From Marsupella aquatica (lineage: Eukaryota; Plantae; Marchantiophyta): DNA of 64,000 bases. The position numbers were made by a program, and so were the translations under genes. Each line of letters begins with the position of its first letter. The stretch's first letter is position 1. The stretch is taken from positions 7,988,470-8,052,469 of the forward strand of contig OZ316897.1 of NCBI GenBank assembly GCA_973895155.1. The letters run 5' to 3'. Shown here in pieces: positions 11,449-22,872 of this stretch. A model generated the notes under the pieces. It had not been told where the DNA came from, did no database searches, and was given only the letters and a program-made list of their open reading frames with translations.

Positions 11449-13480
11449 TTAGGTCACACCTCTATGGTATTCTATATACCGCTTCTTATACTGCTCAGGT
11501 TGCCCCTGATGCTTGACATTCTTCAGAAAAGACAACACACTTGGATCAAATCCTGGATCAAATTCTGACAAAAGAGTCACAGAGCGAGCCGGAACTTGGG
11601 GGTGGCGTAGAAGACAACATATCTCTGGAAGATGAGAACCTATACAAGGATCAAATACCACAAATCAGATGACATCGCTTCCTTTCTCATTTCATGAGTT
11701 CGCATGTTTCTGAGAATTGTGGCTAGAGTTGGAAGGGGTATTGGTTTTGTCCGATGTATAAACTTTTTCCATGTACTTATTGGGTACAGAGTGGTCTTCA
11801 AGGAGTGCAACATGAAAACAAGGTTGAAGACTTCGACGACGTTGCGGTTTGAAGCTCTGCGTTTTTCCGTTTCAGCTGAATCCAAATCATCATCATGACG
11901 ATACTCCGCCTTGAGTTGAATATTTGCACAGATCTTTCCTCTTATCAAAAAGATATGTGTGGGTTTTCAATTCCTGACAGATTATTGTGAACATGATGAC
12001 AATGTACACACCATCGGTTTCAGACAATCAAGCCGGTCGTGATCTTTCTCACTCGAGAGGTATTATTCTCTGGACACTTTATGCGTTCATGACTACGAAA
12101 CGTGGCTTCGACGTCAATAATTTCATTGGTGAGAAAATAGCATGCGTATTATAAGAAACTCGTGACTCTTGCAGGAGGCATTATAGATTTCCAAACTGTG
12201 TGCAGCAATGTGTGTCTGCAATGTTCCATGGCGATGCGTACAAAGATGTGAAGAATATGTTAAAATCAAGGCCGACAGCTAATATTCAGTTTCAAGTTTT
12301 CGGTGAAGCCACTGAAGGCAGCCCAGAGTTTTTGCTGGGTCATCCTTGTTATCAGTGTGTGCTCATTGGGTATGGGAGGTCTGGCATATATTTAAGACCA
12401 TGCAATGCAACGCTCATTGGAGAGACAGACAGCTCAAGTTTATCTTAGAGCTCTATTTCACGTCGAATTGGCAACTTCAATATTGATTTCGGGGGCTGCA
12501 TTTATTACATTCATGCCTTTGCGATGCCCCCCGACCTTCCATATCTCATAAAAGTTTGTAGGCTCCTCTACCCGGTTAAAGTTGCACTTGACCGTTGCAG
12601 CTTTGAATTGTCCCTACGTCCCTGCCTTGCCATTTCGAGTCTAATAAATCCAGGATAATTATGGGGAGTAGGTTTGATCAATTATGATAAGCAGCAAAAC
12701 ACTGGGAGTAATCCGTCCCTGCCTTGCCATTTCGAGTCTAATAAATCCAGGATAATTATGGGGAGTAGGTTTGATCAATTATGATAAGCAGCAAAACACT
12801 GGGAGTAATCATTTATGCACAGTGCTAGCGTTAGGGGTGGGAAACGTTTGTCCTTTTACTTATAAAGGATGACATACAAAGGATGACATGATTAAAGGAT
12901 GACATACAAAGGATGACATGATTGGAATAACAGGAGTTGATTCTAGTGGTATTAAATCCCAGATTGCAACTGGGTCTGGATGTCAACCATTGTTAATGGC
13001 AGTGCGGAAGTTCCTCTATGGAGTTTTGGTTCAATGATGATCTTCGTTGAGAGTAATCCCTCATAAAGTTTTCATTTGAAAGTGTCGAAGGGAAGTCATC
13101 CAATAGAGAGAGAGTTCTTAGAATTGTGGCCTTGATTAGCAGTCTTTCAACTGAGGCGATGCGTAATCAAGATTTCAAAATTTACGTCATGTGTCTTATT
13201 CGTTCAAACTGGTCCACTTTGGGGACTGTAAAAACCTGCAGAAGGCCAAGGACCTGTCCACCTCCTGCCACTTGTCAGCAAAAATCTTCAAAGTTTCATC
13301 GTCAGTTCCCTTGGATAGAAGGCCAAAAGGAAGTAAGACTCACATGCACATTGAATTTCAATTGCTCCCAAACTTCAGAGTTGCACAGGAAGCGAGCATA
13401 CCGGTTCTTGTGAGTTAATTGAGGGGTGTGAAGATGCGTACCACTTTGAAAAGCTATTCCAACCTCTTACCAGTTTTTGG
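11449..13480. pseudogene. Decayed coding-like sequence of uncertain origin (AGO-N-like on minus strand or TE-like on plus strand)
   Basis: Protein-like frames broken by stops and frameshifts on both strands; no intact model could be built. Confidence 0.25.
12617..12923. repeat. Perfect 97-bp tandem duplication plus a 30-bp duplication
   Basis: CGTCCCTGCCTTGCC...GGGAGTAATC at 12617 and 12714; AAAGGATGACATACAAAGGATGACATGATT twice at ~12863-12923. Confidence 0.95.
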
Positions 13481-13768
13481 ACCTGATGCTCACTTTTGCC
13501 TAGATATCCACCACTGTCACCTGTCTAAAACGGCCAAACAAGTGAACCTAATCTAACAAATGTTGATAATGAAATTTCTAGAACAAAGCTAGAGTGTTAG
13601 TTCTATGACGGGAAAATGCTACTCGAGCAAAATGTAATCAAATGCAAAATGCATGGAGAAGACATCCGCAAACCTGTTCCTGTTCGAAAAGTTTGTGCTG
13701 AATATATATAGAGTTTCCAGTGAGGGTCGTTTTATATCTACCATGCCACATCAGCTCAACACCCTCCT

Positions 13769-16700
13769 CTATAGATACCACAAACGATTCCGCAAGTTAT
13801 CGTGGGCATCGATCTCCCCAAAATCATTCGTGGTGGCCGATAGATATTCCACGTATATCTTTGCTCTGAAGGCTGCAAGATGGGCGTAGTATACCGGGGT
13901 GACGAGCGACACACTCGCCGAGCTTCGCTGGAACGTCCAGCACAAGTTGTACACTAATGTGTACAGGTCATCTGGTTGCATGTCGATTTGATCCAACAAC
14001 ACATGGTAGTGTGTCGGACGGCAGGTGCCTATTCTGCACTCATGGCTGGCCAGGAAGAAGTCGTACTCTACTGGGTGTGTCACGCCATCCGCCACCACAC
14101 TTCCTTTTGGTAAGTTGGTTGGGTTGTCGGGCTGTGGGGGGGGCCTCCTCTCATCAGAGCGCCTCCTCTCATCAGCGCGTCTGTTGGGGAGCACAAAGAA
14201 TCGAGTGTGATGTCGCTTAACCTGCACGTCCGTTCATTTATTCCTCTATCCGTTAATCCGTCTATTTGTCCATTGAGCTCATTACATAATCCACATTTTC
14301 ATACATGCAATCCCAATCCGTGCTGGTTATACTTAACGTGTATGTGGCTAAGTAGAGTAAAGTATGGAAAACTGTCATATGGTGTGTTTAGTGGTTCGAG
14401 TTCAAGGATAGTCTATATTATTATTTTCGTGGCACAGGTTGGTCATTGAAGCTCAGTCAAAAGCCACTTTTAGGTCCTATGCGGCATAGCTCTTAAGAAG
14501 TTCCGACTGAAAGGTCCTGCCTTGTTGCTCTTGTGGTGTAACTAGCGTGTATGTGGCAGAGGAGAGTGAAGTCTGGAAAATTGTCATATCGAGCCAGCCA
14601 GGTGTGTTTTGCGGTTCAATTGGCCAGTGTATATATGTCCGTGGCAAAGGTACAGTAGCTCATTAAAGCTCAGACCAAGGGCAATTTCAGTTCCTAGGAA
14701 GCATAGGTTTTCAAGAGGGGTTTTTTTGTGTATTGTTGTCTCGAAAGCAATTTTTATTCGTCATCAACATTACGACCACGCAACTCATACGAGAGATTGA
14801 AGAGGTTCGTTTCATTCATGAACGCAGGTGGAAATTTTACGTTGCAGCTGGAGTGCAGGCTGGTCAGTTAAGATGCGTGTGTAGAAAGGAGACGAATTGT
14901 GCATATATGATTATAGTGAATGAAGAATGTATGCTCGTATTGACAGAAGCAAAGGCAATTGCAGTAAGAACCTACAGACATGAAGATGGGTAGAGAAAGG
15001 CTTAAAACTCACCGCCAGTATGATGGCCACTTTCGGTCTGTAAGCTCGATTTTCGTCGAGCGCTTCGGCAGCCCGCAGTATAGCAGTTCCCTCGAAGCGG
15101 AGAGTCGTGCCTATGAATTGTTCACTGACTCCGTCACGAAAGAAGAGGATATTGTCAGGATACACCCCTTCATTACCCTTATAAACCTTCAGGAGTTCTT
15201 CCACCATCTTCTGCAGGCCAACGAGTCGCTCCTCTCTGCCCTCCTGCGCTCTCAACCGAGTCGCATAATTGACGGCGCTGCCGTCCGTAGTGGCCACCAC
15301 GGCTGCGATAGAGGGCCCTCCTTCGCCGGCACCAGGATGCGTGACATCGGCTCCCATCAGAATCGTTCTGTGGCCTAAGAGCGGCATCTGGTGCCTCGAC
15401 TCTCGACTCAACTCGAAGTTGCTCCCGCCGCACTTCACGTTGATCTTCAACAGTAAATTGCTCACCCGCTTGCTTATCATGTTCTCCGAGGCGGGCAGCA
15501 CGATGACCTGCGAAGGCACGCCCTCAGTGTGATCTAGGGTGTACTTCAGCGTGGCGTACTCCGGATACATCCTTCTCTCCATGAAGCACAGGATTAGCTT
15601 CAGTCTCGGCGCCGGCTGGACTCTGCTGTACCGCTCCACCTTCGCTATGAGGTTTTTGATGTGTTTGAGGACTCGTTCTTTCTTGTGAGAAAGCGACTCT
15701 CTCTCGTCGACCTCCACTTCTTCCAGCACCACCTCTCTGCTCCATCCCATTCTGCGATCTCGAGCTCGATTTCCCAGCGCCGTGATGAAGCTGTCCATCA
15801 AGTTCCGCTTGTGAGGGCGCACGAACGAGAGAACGCCCCATAGCTGGTCGATGTTCGCGGGTTTGGCAAACTCGTTCCTGTTCGATGGCGTGAGCTTGGG
15901 GTCTGCCAGTGAGATTGTGGTCACCTCCAACATGTCTCGAAACTGAACGTTCAGACGGTACGCTTCCTCCGTCTTCGGATTTCGCCTTTCAAGCTCCCCC
16001 AATACGTAATTAATGCATGTATGTATCTATAGAGTGACTCTGTGGGTTGCGACTAAGGGGGGTTGAGGGTGGAATAATTGTAAATGGGGACTATATATGG
16101 TACTCCCCATGGTACTCACAATTTATATCATATATATCATGGGGCAATTCCAGCAACTTACTTCAAACAGGCAAATCTGGGTAGGACTATAATATGAGCC
16201 TGTCAGAAAAACAAAACACGTTTGCGTCCTTCTTTTGCAAATCAATCCCCGGGGAAAACTTTAAAATAAAAAATCGCATGTACCCTAGATTATGACACTA
16301 TGCAAAACTAAACCAAACTAAAAAAAAAAAAGGGAAGACAGTGCATAGTTACCCAGTGTCTCTTGTGTATCGATATTGTATCCACTGCAATATGCTCTTA
16401 TATCTTTGACCGACTGTTCTCTGGAGTTTCCTTTGAGCATTGTCCTCCAATTTATAGGGGAATCGTGCACCCGAATGCGTGTAGCAGGATCCCCACGGCA
16501 GAAAGTGAGGCTTGTGCTTGTGCACCTGGATTACCGGCAGTACCCCCTGCAAGCTGGCGGGCTCCAACCTATACTTCTGGACCATCAGGTCAAGCAATGA
16601 TGTGTTGGTGTTGTTCTCAAAGTCTGGCACAATCTTTGCTTCTGCTCTCTCGGCTCTCACTTTGAAAATGGAGTAGAGTTTCACCGCTTCCGTCGTCCAC

Positions 16701-19700
16701 ATGGTCTGTCTGTGCGTTGATGTGATCGTCAAGTTCCCCCAATACCGATTCACAACGTCCACCATGTCCTGGTCAAAGGAAGTGTCTTGTCGTGCAATAA
16801 AGTGCCGGAACAAATCTCTCTTCTCCTGTGGAAGAAGAGAACCCATTTCTATCATCTGGCGCCATGCATCGGACAGTTTCATCACTCGGTAGAATGGCGT
16901 TGTCATGACGTCCACGTTTAATGTCAACCCAGCTTGAAGGAGTCGGACGCTTTGGAAGTAGCCCGTCTTCCCTTCCAAGAGTGCCGACAACTGTACGTTC
17001 CTTTCAGGTGCTGGATTATCACTAACATAGAAGAAGCGGCCTGACTCGAAATAAGGTCCGTGTTCATGGATGTCTTGCCTGCAGTACTGCTTCATGATCG
17101 AGTTCCCGACCTGAACAAGGTTCTGCTTGCATGACACCACGACAACATTGATAGAATTAGACATGCTAGCTTGAAGCAAAAGTGATGTACAAGGTAAACG
17201 AGCACCCAAGCCAGTGTGCTTAGATAGTTCTCGTTTTTATCTAGCTATCGAACACAAGTGGCCCGCCATGCCTGGTGGTGTACGTTGCAGATTTATCAAG
17301 GCTTCCTTGTACCTGGACAGAACCCCACAGATCCCCGCAGCGACAAAGAGTAGGAGTGGTCTTGGAAGAATCAGATCCGGGAAAGTTGTTGGATTGATCT
17401 CGTTATACATATATACCAAACCCGGACCTACTGTTGTATAATATGTAGTCATCGTTAGATAATGCTGTGAGTGGTGATGGCTTGGAGAGTGGAGTTCTTC
17501 GCTTGTGCTGTCAATTGCCCTCACTCATCAGGAGATTATTGGTTGAGTCTGTTTCAGCACGCAGGGAACAAGAAAGTGGATCGACGCAGAAGGACTTTTC
17601 ATTTAATATGCACATTAGTTTAATTCTTCAAGCCAGGATTTATAGCAAGGTTTATGGGAGGTTAAAATTGATTCTAGGATGGATCACAAGGTCTGACCTC
17701 AGAACACATTCTTGACACAAAATGGAGGCTATCCCAATTCAAAAAATGATAAATAACTATAAGTTAGAAATGATTTATGCACATTTCGATTTACATCAAA
17801 ATTGAGAAGGTGGAGTTATGTAATCATGAAGAACTGAAGGTGAATCAAAGGAGGACCTTTGGAAATTCCAGGGGATCATCTTTAGTACTACTGCAGAGGA
17901 ATGCATCGAGTTCATTTGTCTGGACGGCCTTCTCAAATTTGATCGTGGCTTCCACCCGTTTGAACGTGGATTCGATGGGCTGATTATCAGCAGGCGAAGG
18001 TCCGAGTATAAATTTTTCAGTATCCTGAAGCCAGTTGAATTTTGTTGGCGAAATTAAAAGGGACCCGCCTTCATACACAAGGTTTTGTGTCTTAGATTTA
18101 AATTTTCCTTCTCCATCTCTTATTAATATCTTCCATAGCGCTTGCTTGACAATCTTCGGAAAACGTCGATGTTCATTTGCTGGGTCCCTCCAAGTAACTG
18201 TGTACCTATTCAGTAAAGCCATCCATCTCTGACTCCAATTAAAACACCTTCATGGAACCTGTCTTAGTTCATTGAGGGGTCCATACAAACTACAATGTTC
18301 ATTGTAATTAGGTGGTATGCAAAAATCCCCTCTACTACCAAATTAGTGTTAGTAAAACTAATTTGGTGAATCTGCCGGCATTGAGTCCAAACTAACAGTA
18401 ATTCATGTGCGCAGAAAGCAAAAATAGTGTTAATATGAGGGACTAGTGTGAGGATTAATACTAATGCATGAGTAGAGCCTTTCTGAAATTCTTTGCTCTC
18501 GAATTAGTGTCCAGTAGTCCATCTAGTCCACAAGTGTACTCATATCTACTACATTTCAAAAGTTTGCGCCGGCACAGGGTTAAGCATCCCATTTTAAAAT
18601 TCCAAGAACGTGAATAGACTTTGTTGAAGCCGTTCATAGTTATGAGTAGCCTAATAAATCTATAAATTACCTGCATTATATATTTTATACATGAATCATG
18701 AGTATTTTATATAAATCAGATGTGAATAATAATTAAAAAAATCAAGTATTCCATCACTTTTGGATGTATTTTTCTGCCCCTCCCAAGAGAGCAATTGGCT
18801 ACAATAAACACAAAAAATCAATCCATAACTTAGGTGCCATACAGATATATTTCCGTACTTAGCAGACATGCAGTGTGTAGCAGACATGCAGTGTGTTTAC
18901 ATACAAGACATTTCTCTAAGTGGATAGAGTTAAATTTAAGTGGCTGTGCTCTAACAACAAAAATGGTCCTCGTTTTCTATATCATGGACAACTTTTGTCT
19001 TTTCTCCAGACAGATCCATCCTTGAAATTTCTATTTGATAATGAATGTGCTGCCTGACTGTTGCGACTGAGTCCAATTCTTTAGTCCAACCTTCTCTCAA
19101 GACAACATTAAGTAAACTTTTCAAGATCGTAGATTATATAAAAAATCAGCTTATGGAGGCAATAATTCGTCACAAAGAGCTCAAAATCTGGGCCATAGTT
19201 AAGTTCCTTGGGTATTCCAGCATGATCATGTGGTTTGCAGTATAATGCATCTAGCAAAATGTTCACAAGATGCTGAATGGTCAACTGAACTCGCAGAAGG
19301 CACTTACCCATTAATTCATACATGGCAGTTAGTAAGGTTGAGGGACTTACAAAAAGTAAGGTGTGGGCTGGTATCTGATGACAAAGTGGTTTGCATAAAC
19401 CTTTTGGTTCAAGAGACGTGGGAATTTTGTTCTAATCCCTTTGGGCTTCATGGGTAATACAGATTTATCTTGTCTATGAGATGTAACATAGATACGTAGG
19501 TCTCTCATTAGGCGTTCCATCTCCTCCGAGTCTGCTTGCTCTGTCATTTCCTGTGATACTGCCTTCCTACCAGTGGCCTTTAGAGAATCCTTCAAACGAG
19601 TTCTCCAATAAGCTCCTCTAAAACCCTCAGCCGGGGGGAGGGGGTTGCTCGAACTTGGTAAGGATTGTATCTGACGATCTAAATTATTGAACAGAAGATT

Positions 19701-21699
19701 GTCAGGTTTATAGGGATATTTTCCTATTTGAGTACTTCCTAAGTTGTTGGTTTGACAGTGTGTTTGAATATCTTTATCCAACCAGAGCCTAAGAGAACTC
19801 TTTTTCTCTGATGCTTGGGAAAAATTCTCATCTATTTTTAGTTTAAAAGTACTCGAAATAACGTGTATTTTTTAGGCCTTTAAGTGTATTTATGCCCTCG
19901 TTTCAGGGCATTAATGTGACTCACGATGCACCGCACTGGAAGGTTGCTATACCCAAGGCCTGATGAATTTATTGGGCAACATATTTGTGCATCTCAGTAG
20001 ATGATCGCAATGGATCTAGTCAGCCCTTGGATCAGGGTGACCACTAAAGTATGGATTAGGAAAAGAAAGTGGAGCACCTAGAAGCCAGAAGCATGTACAA
20101 TGATATTTTATGTGGAGTGCAATGAAGATCTTTGGCAAAATATTTTCTAGACAGTGCATTACCAAAATAAGGTTGGGTCCTTGCTCCTGGCCCTCCTTCA
20201 GATGAGCTTCCTGGCTCAAATGCCCTGCTGTTGGAGTCCCTTCTACTAGGAGTGCCAATTCCATGCCTCAAGTCCACACGTTTATCCTCACCTCGATCCT
20301 CATCTGCAGAACAGGACTCAATGATCATATGCATTGATCATGAGCTTTTTAATTAAACAGACCCATTGTACATTGGAATTGAGTAGTTGACCCATCTTAA
20401 TGCCCTTCATGACTTTTCTCTTACTTTTCAGGGCAACATTAGAGAAGCATACACAGTGAAGATTTGGATGACTAGGTTTGGATAATCTCAATATGAAGAT
20501 TCTTCTCTGCTTTCACTAAACTCACTAAGACTACAAATCTCTTAAGTCTTTTAAGTGTATGAAGGTTCTATTACGAGAACATTATTAGCAATAATAGCCC
20601 CTCAAAAGGCGGGCTCAAGCGCTTGTTTTGGGGGCATTATGACACACACACAATGTGTGTAAACAGGGCTTAAATACAGACTCTACACATGCTCACTTTT
20701 TCATGCATACTTTTTAATTGAGTATTTAGAAAATCACTTACTGTAAAGCAGTTGGTGGTGGGGGGGGGGGGGTTTGGTCGGTTGTAACTAGAGTCAATCT
20801 TGGGGCCAGGGTAGTAAACACAGGGTTTTGGTTGTTCTGAATACAGTCGTGGAATGTTTGCCACTGGTGGCTTTGAATACAGTTGGTGTCTTTGCCACAC
20901 AGGGCTTCAATATATACACTTGGCGCACCATACCCTTACTAATTAATGACAACAGGAAAAAAAATGAATGCATTTGGCGTCTTTGCCCCATGGGGCTGTT
21001 TATACATTTGGTGCACCATTCCCTTACTACACTTGGCATTTTTGCCACAGATGGCTTTGAGTATATTGGCATCTTTGCAGCAAGGGGCTTTCAATACTTT
21101 AAATTCTTTGAAATTCAGTGTTAATAGAAATAATGACATGGAATTTCCTTCCCTCCCTCCATCCTTCCATCCACATAATTTTTGGTGGGGCCCTAATGTA
21201 ACGACCTAGAGGCCTTCACTCTAGAAGACTAGACTTTGCAATTACTTACATAGACGTAGAGCACCATGCCCTTACTAACAAGAAAGAAAAAAAATGAATA
21301 ATGAAAAAAAGGAATCAACCCCTTAGGAAAGAGATAGAAAAACGAAAAAAGCGACAAAGAAAAAGAAACACAGTGAATTGCTCTTGTCATGAGGGACTCA
21401 CCATCGTGTAACTGGCAATTGTCAAATTGAATCTGCATTCTTCGTCTTGCTTCATCGGACGCAACAACTTCACTCCTCACGTTGTTCCTGTTTGGTCGAT
21501 TGTCTTCGGCAGGTTGAGCTTGAAGACCTGGGCCGAATCCGGGAGGAAATGGCAGGTCTTGAGGAGTATCTGCGAACTGCGCGTTCGGATCTCCTGTCTG
21601 CATTTGATATCGCTCTTCTTGGATTTCTGCATCAGTCTCCACACGCCGTCGCTGTGCTGGCCGTGACGGACCAGGGTCGGGATTTCGTTTTCTGTTCAT
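13769..21699 (-). CDS. AGO: Divergent Argonaute (N-L1-PAZ-L2-MID-PIWI), ~1103 aa, 7 coding exons
   Basis: Exons 21699-21402, 20303-20163, 19678-19351, 18205-17857, 17122-16353, 15985-15013, 14221-13769 (3312 nt, all phases consistent; the 15985 acceptor is the least certain). Motifs: VYANHF...YTVTW and VYEGGSLLISP (N), GYFQSVRLLQAGLTLNVD (L1), LPVIQV...FLPWGSC (PAZ), YATLK/PSQV/NLLLKINVKCGGSN (MID), GADVTHP, QEGREE, FRDGVSE, KRHHTRFF, RPTHYHVL, PVYYAHLAAFRA (PIWI). Confidence 0.93.
14334..14718. repeat. Diverged ~209-bp tandem duplication in the last AGO intron
   Basis: CGTGTATGTGGC...GGAAAA.TGTCATAT...GTGGCA.AGGT...TCATT.AAGCTCAG at ~14334 and ~14543. Confidence 0.7.
20800..21300. repeat. 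Degenerate short repeats (MITE/TE remnant) in the first coding intron of AGO
   Basis: Recurrent TTGGC(A/G)T(C/T)TTTGCC and GCACCAT.CCCTTACTA (20925, 21013, 21261). Confidence 0.45.
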
Positions 21700-22872
21700 T
21701 TTCTGAAGCTTCCCGAGCTCGAGATTATTGACACTATGTTAGAACTCGGAGTCTTGGGTCTCTGTCAATCTCCGCTTTTAATTACTGTACACTTGCGGCT
21801 CCGCTTGTTGCCAGGCGATTAAATTCTTAACCATGGCAATGGAATACCATTTCCCAGCGAATGCCGTAATTGTTATCCCTCGTGTTATCCCCTTTAAGCC
21901 CTGGAGAAATCTCGGTAATTGGGAATCTTTGAGCCACCGTGATTCACTAAGAGCTTCAGCGACTGCTCCATATCATGCCCTGTGATCCCTGGAGAAAACC
22001 CTGTAATTCGTAGCAAATTCTATTCCGGTTGGCCTGCGCAGCTGTAGGATTAGGATGCACCTGCAGCCTAATCTGTGATATGAATCTTTCTGTTGCTGCT
22101 GTTGCACCTGCCAGACAGAGACTGCAGAAGTACAAGAGTTATGGACGTGATACAAATGATTTAAAGGCTTGCCTGCATGTAAATGGCGAGCAGCCGACGG
22201 AAGAACTTACTGAAGAGCCGACAATATACACATGTTGCTCTATACAAGATTGCAGAAACCAGCAGATGCCTACCGACACGAAGTAGCCTGGCAGAGAAAA
22301 GGACCGGAAATTTAACAGACACAGAACAGACTTGAACATGCAACCTGTGACAGTATGTCTATTTAAGATGTCAAAACTGTCCTTTGGTTCTTTTTACGTG
22401 ACCATCAGTTAACGAGCCCAAACCTTCTGACTCTTGTAGAACCACAAAGAATTGCGCGCAAACACAAGAAGTTTCCAACCTAGGCACAATGATTTCCCTA
22501 CTTAGAAAACCTGGATGATCGGGAGCACGCGAGAGAGAAGAGTGCTTAGAAATCCACATTAAGTCAAACTGTTATGAAATTATTAGAGAGAGAGAATATA
22601 CGAACGACCAACATTGCAGGGGCCGCGATCGGGTCAATCATTCGAATTTCAAGTCCAAAGCAAGTCGCCAAACCATGGGACGATACTCAACAGAGATTTC
22701 CATGTAATTTGAAAATGGGGACATGGGAGGTCCAAAAACCAAACACAGAGTGAGAGAGAGAGAGATGCAGAATGCTCACCGAATCGATTGAGATCGGCGA
22801 AAATATATGAAGCGAAGGAGGATCGATCGGAGCTCGCATCAGTCGAGCTTCGATGAACTTCGATAAACTCCT
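21700..22872 (-). other. Probable multi-exon 5' leader of the AGO transcript
   Basis: Good minus-strand splice sites define candidate exons 22872-22780, 22510-22424, 22287-22211, one starting at 22121, and a last acceptor at 21733 just before the ATG. The first intron opens with a (CT)n tract. No coherent protein results. Confidence 0.4.

Noticed and set aside
12990-13110. LRR-like SLNQNSIEELP on the minus strand
   Set aside because: Single isolated motif with no repeats or NB-ARC context.
17214-17715. ORFs inside the AGO intron
   Set aside because: Short, no recognisable motifs, and not needed for a phase-consistent AGO model.
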